A stretch of 64,000 nt of DNA from Squalus acanthias (Eukaryota). The notes under the pieces are model-generated. The model saw only the letters and a list, made by a program, of their open reading frames with translations. It did no database searches and was not told the DNA's origin. The stretch covers positions 15,812,001 through 15,876,000 of the forward strand of contig CM059432.1 in NCBI GenBank assembly GCA_030390025.1, given 5' to 3'. Positions 62,386 through 64,000 of this stretch are shown here, piece by piece; the first letter of the stretch is position 1, and the number at the start of each line of letters is the position of its first letter. Position numbers and translations under genes: made by a program.

Positions 62386-62822
62386 TGTCAGCCGTGGCTC
62401 AGTGGGCAGCACCCTCTCCCCTGAGTCCGAAGGTTGTGGGTTCAAGTCCCACTCCAGAGATTTCAGCACAAAAATTTGATTTGAGGGAGTGCTGCACTGT
62501 CGGAGGTGCCGTCTTTCAGATGAGACGTTAAACCAAGGCCCCGTCTGCTCTCCCAGGTGGACGTAAAAGATCCCATGGCACTATTTCGAAGAAGAGCAGG
62601 GAAGTTATCCCCGGTGTCCTGGCCAATATTTCTCCTTGAATCAACATCACTTAAAAAAAAACCAGATTATCTGGTCATTATCACATTGCTGTTTGTGGGA
62701 CCTTGCTGTGCGCAAATTGGCTGCCACGTTTCCTACATTACAACAGTGACTACACTTCAAAAAGTACTTCATTGGCTGTAAAGTGTTTTGGGACATCCGG
62801 TGGTTGTGAAAGGTGCTATATA
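62386..62822 (+). mobile_element. SacSINE1-like DeuSINE
   Basis: gtcagccgtggctcagtggg head, B box gggttcaagtccc, Deu core, tail. Confidence 0.88.
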
Positions 62823-62959
62823 AGAGTATATGGAAATATGCCCTCTGTCGTAACAGAACTCCAATTGCAGGCCATTGTGACCACCCGTGTGGCATTCTGT
62901 ATTGATAGTTTTCTTTTTCTTTTTGTTAAAATTGTTACTCTTGGTATCTGTGACTACAG

Positions 62960-63123
62960 TTTCTGGAGCAATACAGTGATCAGCTGGATTTGTGGAATGC
63001 TAAGATGAGGATGCACATTGACAAGCTGGTGATGGAAATGACACAAAAGAGTGTGCTCAGCCTTGTCTACAGGGCCGAGGACCATGCGGAGGAACTCAAT
63101 AAGCTTGCTAATCTGCTAAACAG
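62960..63123 (+). CDS. lama1: lama1 exon (coiled coil), 164 nt, phase 0/2
   Basis: ctacag|TTT...AG|gtcagt; FLEQYSDQLDLWNAKMRMHIDKLVMEMTQKSVLSLVYRAEDHAEELNKLANLLN. Confidence 0.93.
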
Positions 63124-63545
63124 GTCAGTCTCTGTAAATGTGTCCTCTGCAGTAACAGAACTCCACTTGGCGGCCATCGTGACCACCTGCACGGCATTCT
63201 GTGTTGATAATTCGATGTATTGCATCGTCGTCAAGAAAATGCGGTCAGATTGGCAACATTTTGAAGCGTCATTTTGTTTCAGTCAAGAAACTGTTGTAAA
63301 TAAGGGTTTTTTTAAATATAGCGTTCTGGAGCTTTTTCAATCCTCAGAGCCCTGGTGTTGTAACAATGCAGATTCAAAACCCACAGCCATCACTGGATTC
63401 CTTGGGCCTAACCAATCAAATACATTGATTACATGCAAATCTTTAGATCAAAGCGCATCCCTTTCTAAATTTTTACAACTTTATACATGTATATTCTTAG
63501 TCATTGAAACAAAAGGTGCTAAACAAGTTTTCTTTCAGATCTTCT

Positions 63546-64000
63546 GGCCTGAATTTTAATACTTTGGCGGGTTGGGAGCGGGGGGGCTCGGGAGCAGGGG
63601 GGGCTCGGGAGCGGGGGGGGGGGGTCTCGGATGCGCTTGGGAGAACGGGTTTCCCCGCAGGCCCTGCCGAATTTAACGGCAGGGCCTGATTTGCATTTGA
63701 AACCTTTGCTTCCCGCCCGCAGCCAGCCAGATGGAGAGGCTGCTGCCAGCGGGCGGGTAGGCCTGTGGCACTAGGCCGCAGAGACAAGGGAGAAAGGGAT
63801 TGCGTGGCGGTCGGGGGATCATCACGTGGGGGCCAGAGTAGCATCGGGGGGGGCCAGGGACTGATCGGGGGGGTCGGAGGAGCATTGGGGGGGGGGGAGC
63901 CATGGGCGCATCGGGGGGCTGGGGGCTGTTCCGGGGGGGCCAGAGGCTCATCAAGTGGGGGCCGGAGGAGTATCCGGGGGGGGTGGGGGGCGGCCAGAGG
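63546..64000. mobile_element. Probable left part of another Harbinger-type element, very G-rich, running off the window
   Basis: Starts GGCCTGAATTTT like other TIRs; right end not visible. Confidence 0.5.

Larger units (their letters stand above)
53..63123 (+). other. lama1: Laminin subunit alpha-1 gene, internal portion (17 exons; gene extends beyond both window edges)
   Basis: 17 AG/GT-bounded exons join in frame (2534 nt). The peptides KPVTHTDFMSALSNVEYILIKASYGNGLQQSR, RVVSQGNLTGTTEGV and LVYRAEDHA match LAMA1 as I recall it, better than LAMA2. Domain order is LE - L4 - LE - coiled coil. Confidence 0.93.

Noticed and set aside
53..63123. Assignment to lama2 or another laminin alpha chain
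   Set aside because: The L4 and coiled-coil peptides (EYILIKASYG..LQQSR, VVSQ.NL.GTTEGV, LVYRAEDHA) match LAMA1 as recalled; a BLAST or phylogeny would be the formal test.
63124..63559. 189-aa ORF 62990..63559 as an alternative C-terminus
   Set aside because: Only the part to 63123 is laminin-like; a canonical donor follows and the remainder looks like intron read-through. Transcript data would be needed to revive it.

Overview
Eukaryotic (vertebrate) genomic DNA, almost certainly from a cartilaginous fish, because it carries SacSINE1-like DeuSINEs and an HE1-like V-SINE. The whole window lies inside one + strand gene, laminin subunit alpha-1 (lama1). I traced 17 consecutive GT-AG coding exons (53..63123, 2534 nt, phases compatible, no stop codons). 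They encode LE (laminin EGF-like) repeats, the second L4/laminin IV-A domain, further LE repeats and the start of the coiled coil; from memory these correspond roughly to human exons 23-39. The introns are packed with nested transposons: near-full-length and truncated CR1 LINEs (one retains a zinc-finger/esterase ORF1), a second LINE family, an L2 relic, three SINE families, an inverted Penelope-like retroelement, PIF/Harbinger-type MITEs plus a Myb-encoding deletion derivative, a hAT element and a Tigger/pogo-like MITE. The most interesting non-obvious signal is a set of minimal hammerhead ribozyme motifs in the Penelope-like ends. Two paralogous copies show a compensatory base-pair change, and fold-back insertions pivot at or next to the ribozyme's palindromic stem III. 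No prokaryotic system or CRISPR array is present. Family names and comparisons to human or mouse proteins come from recognition by eye, not database searches.
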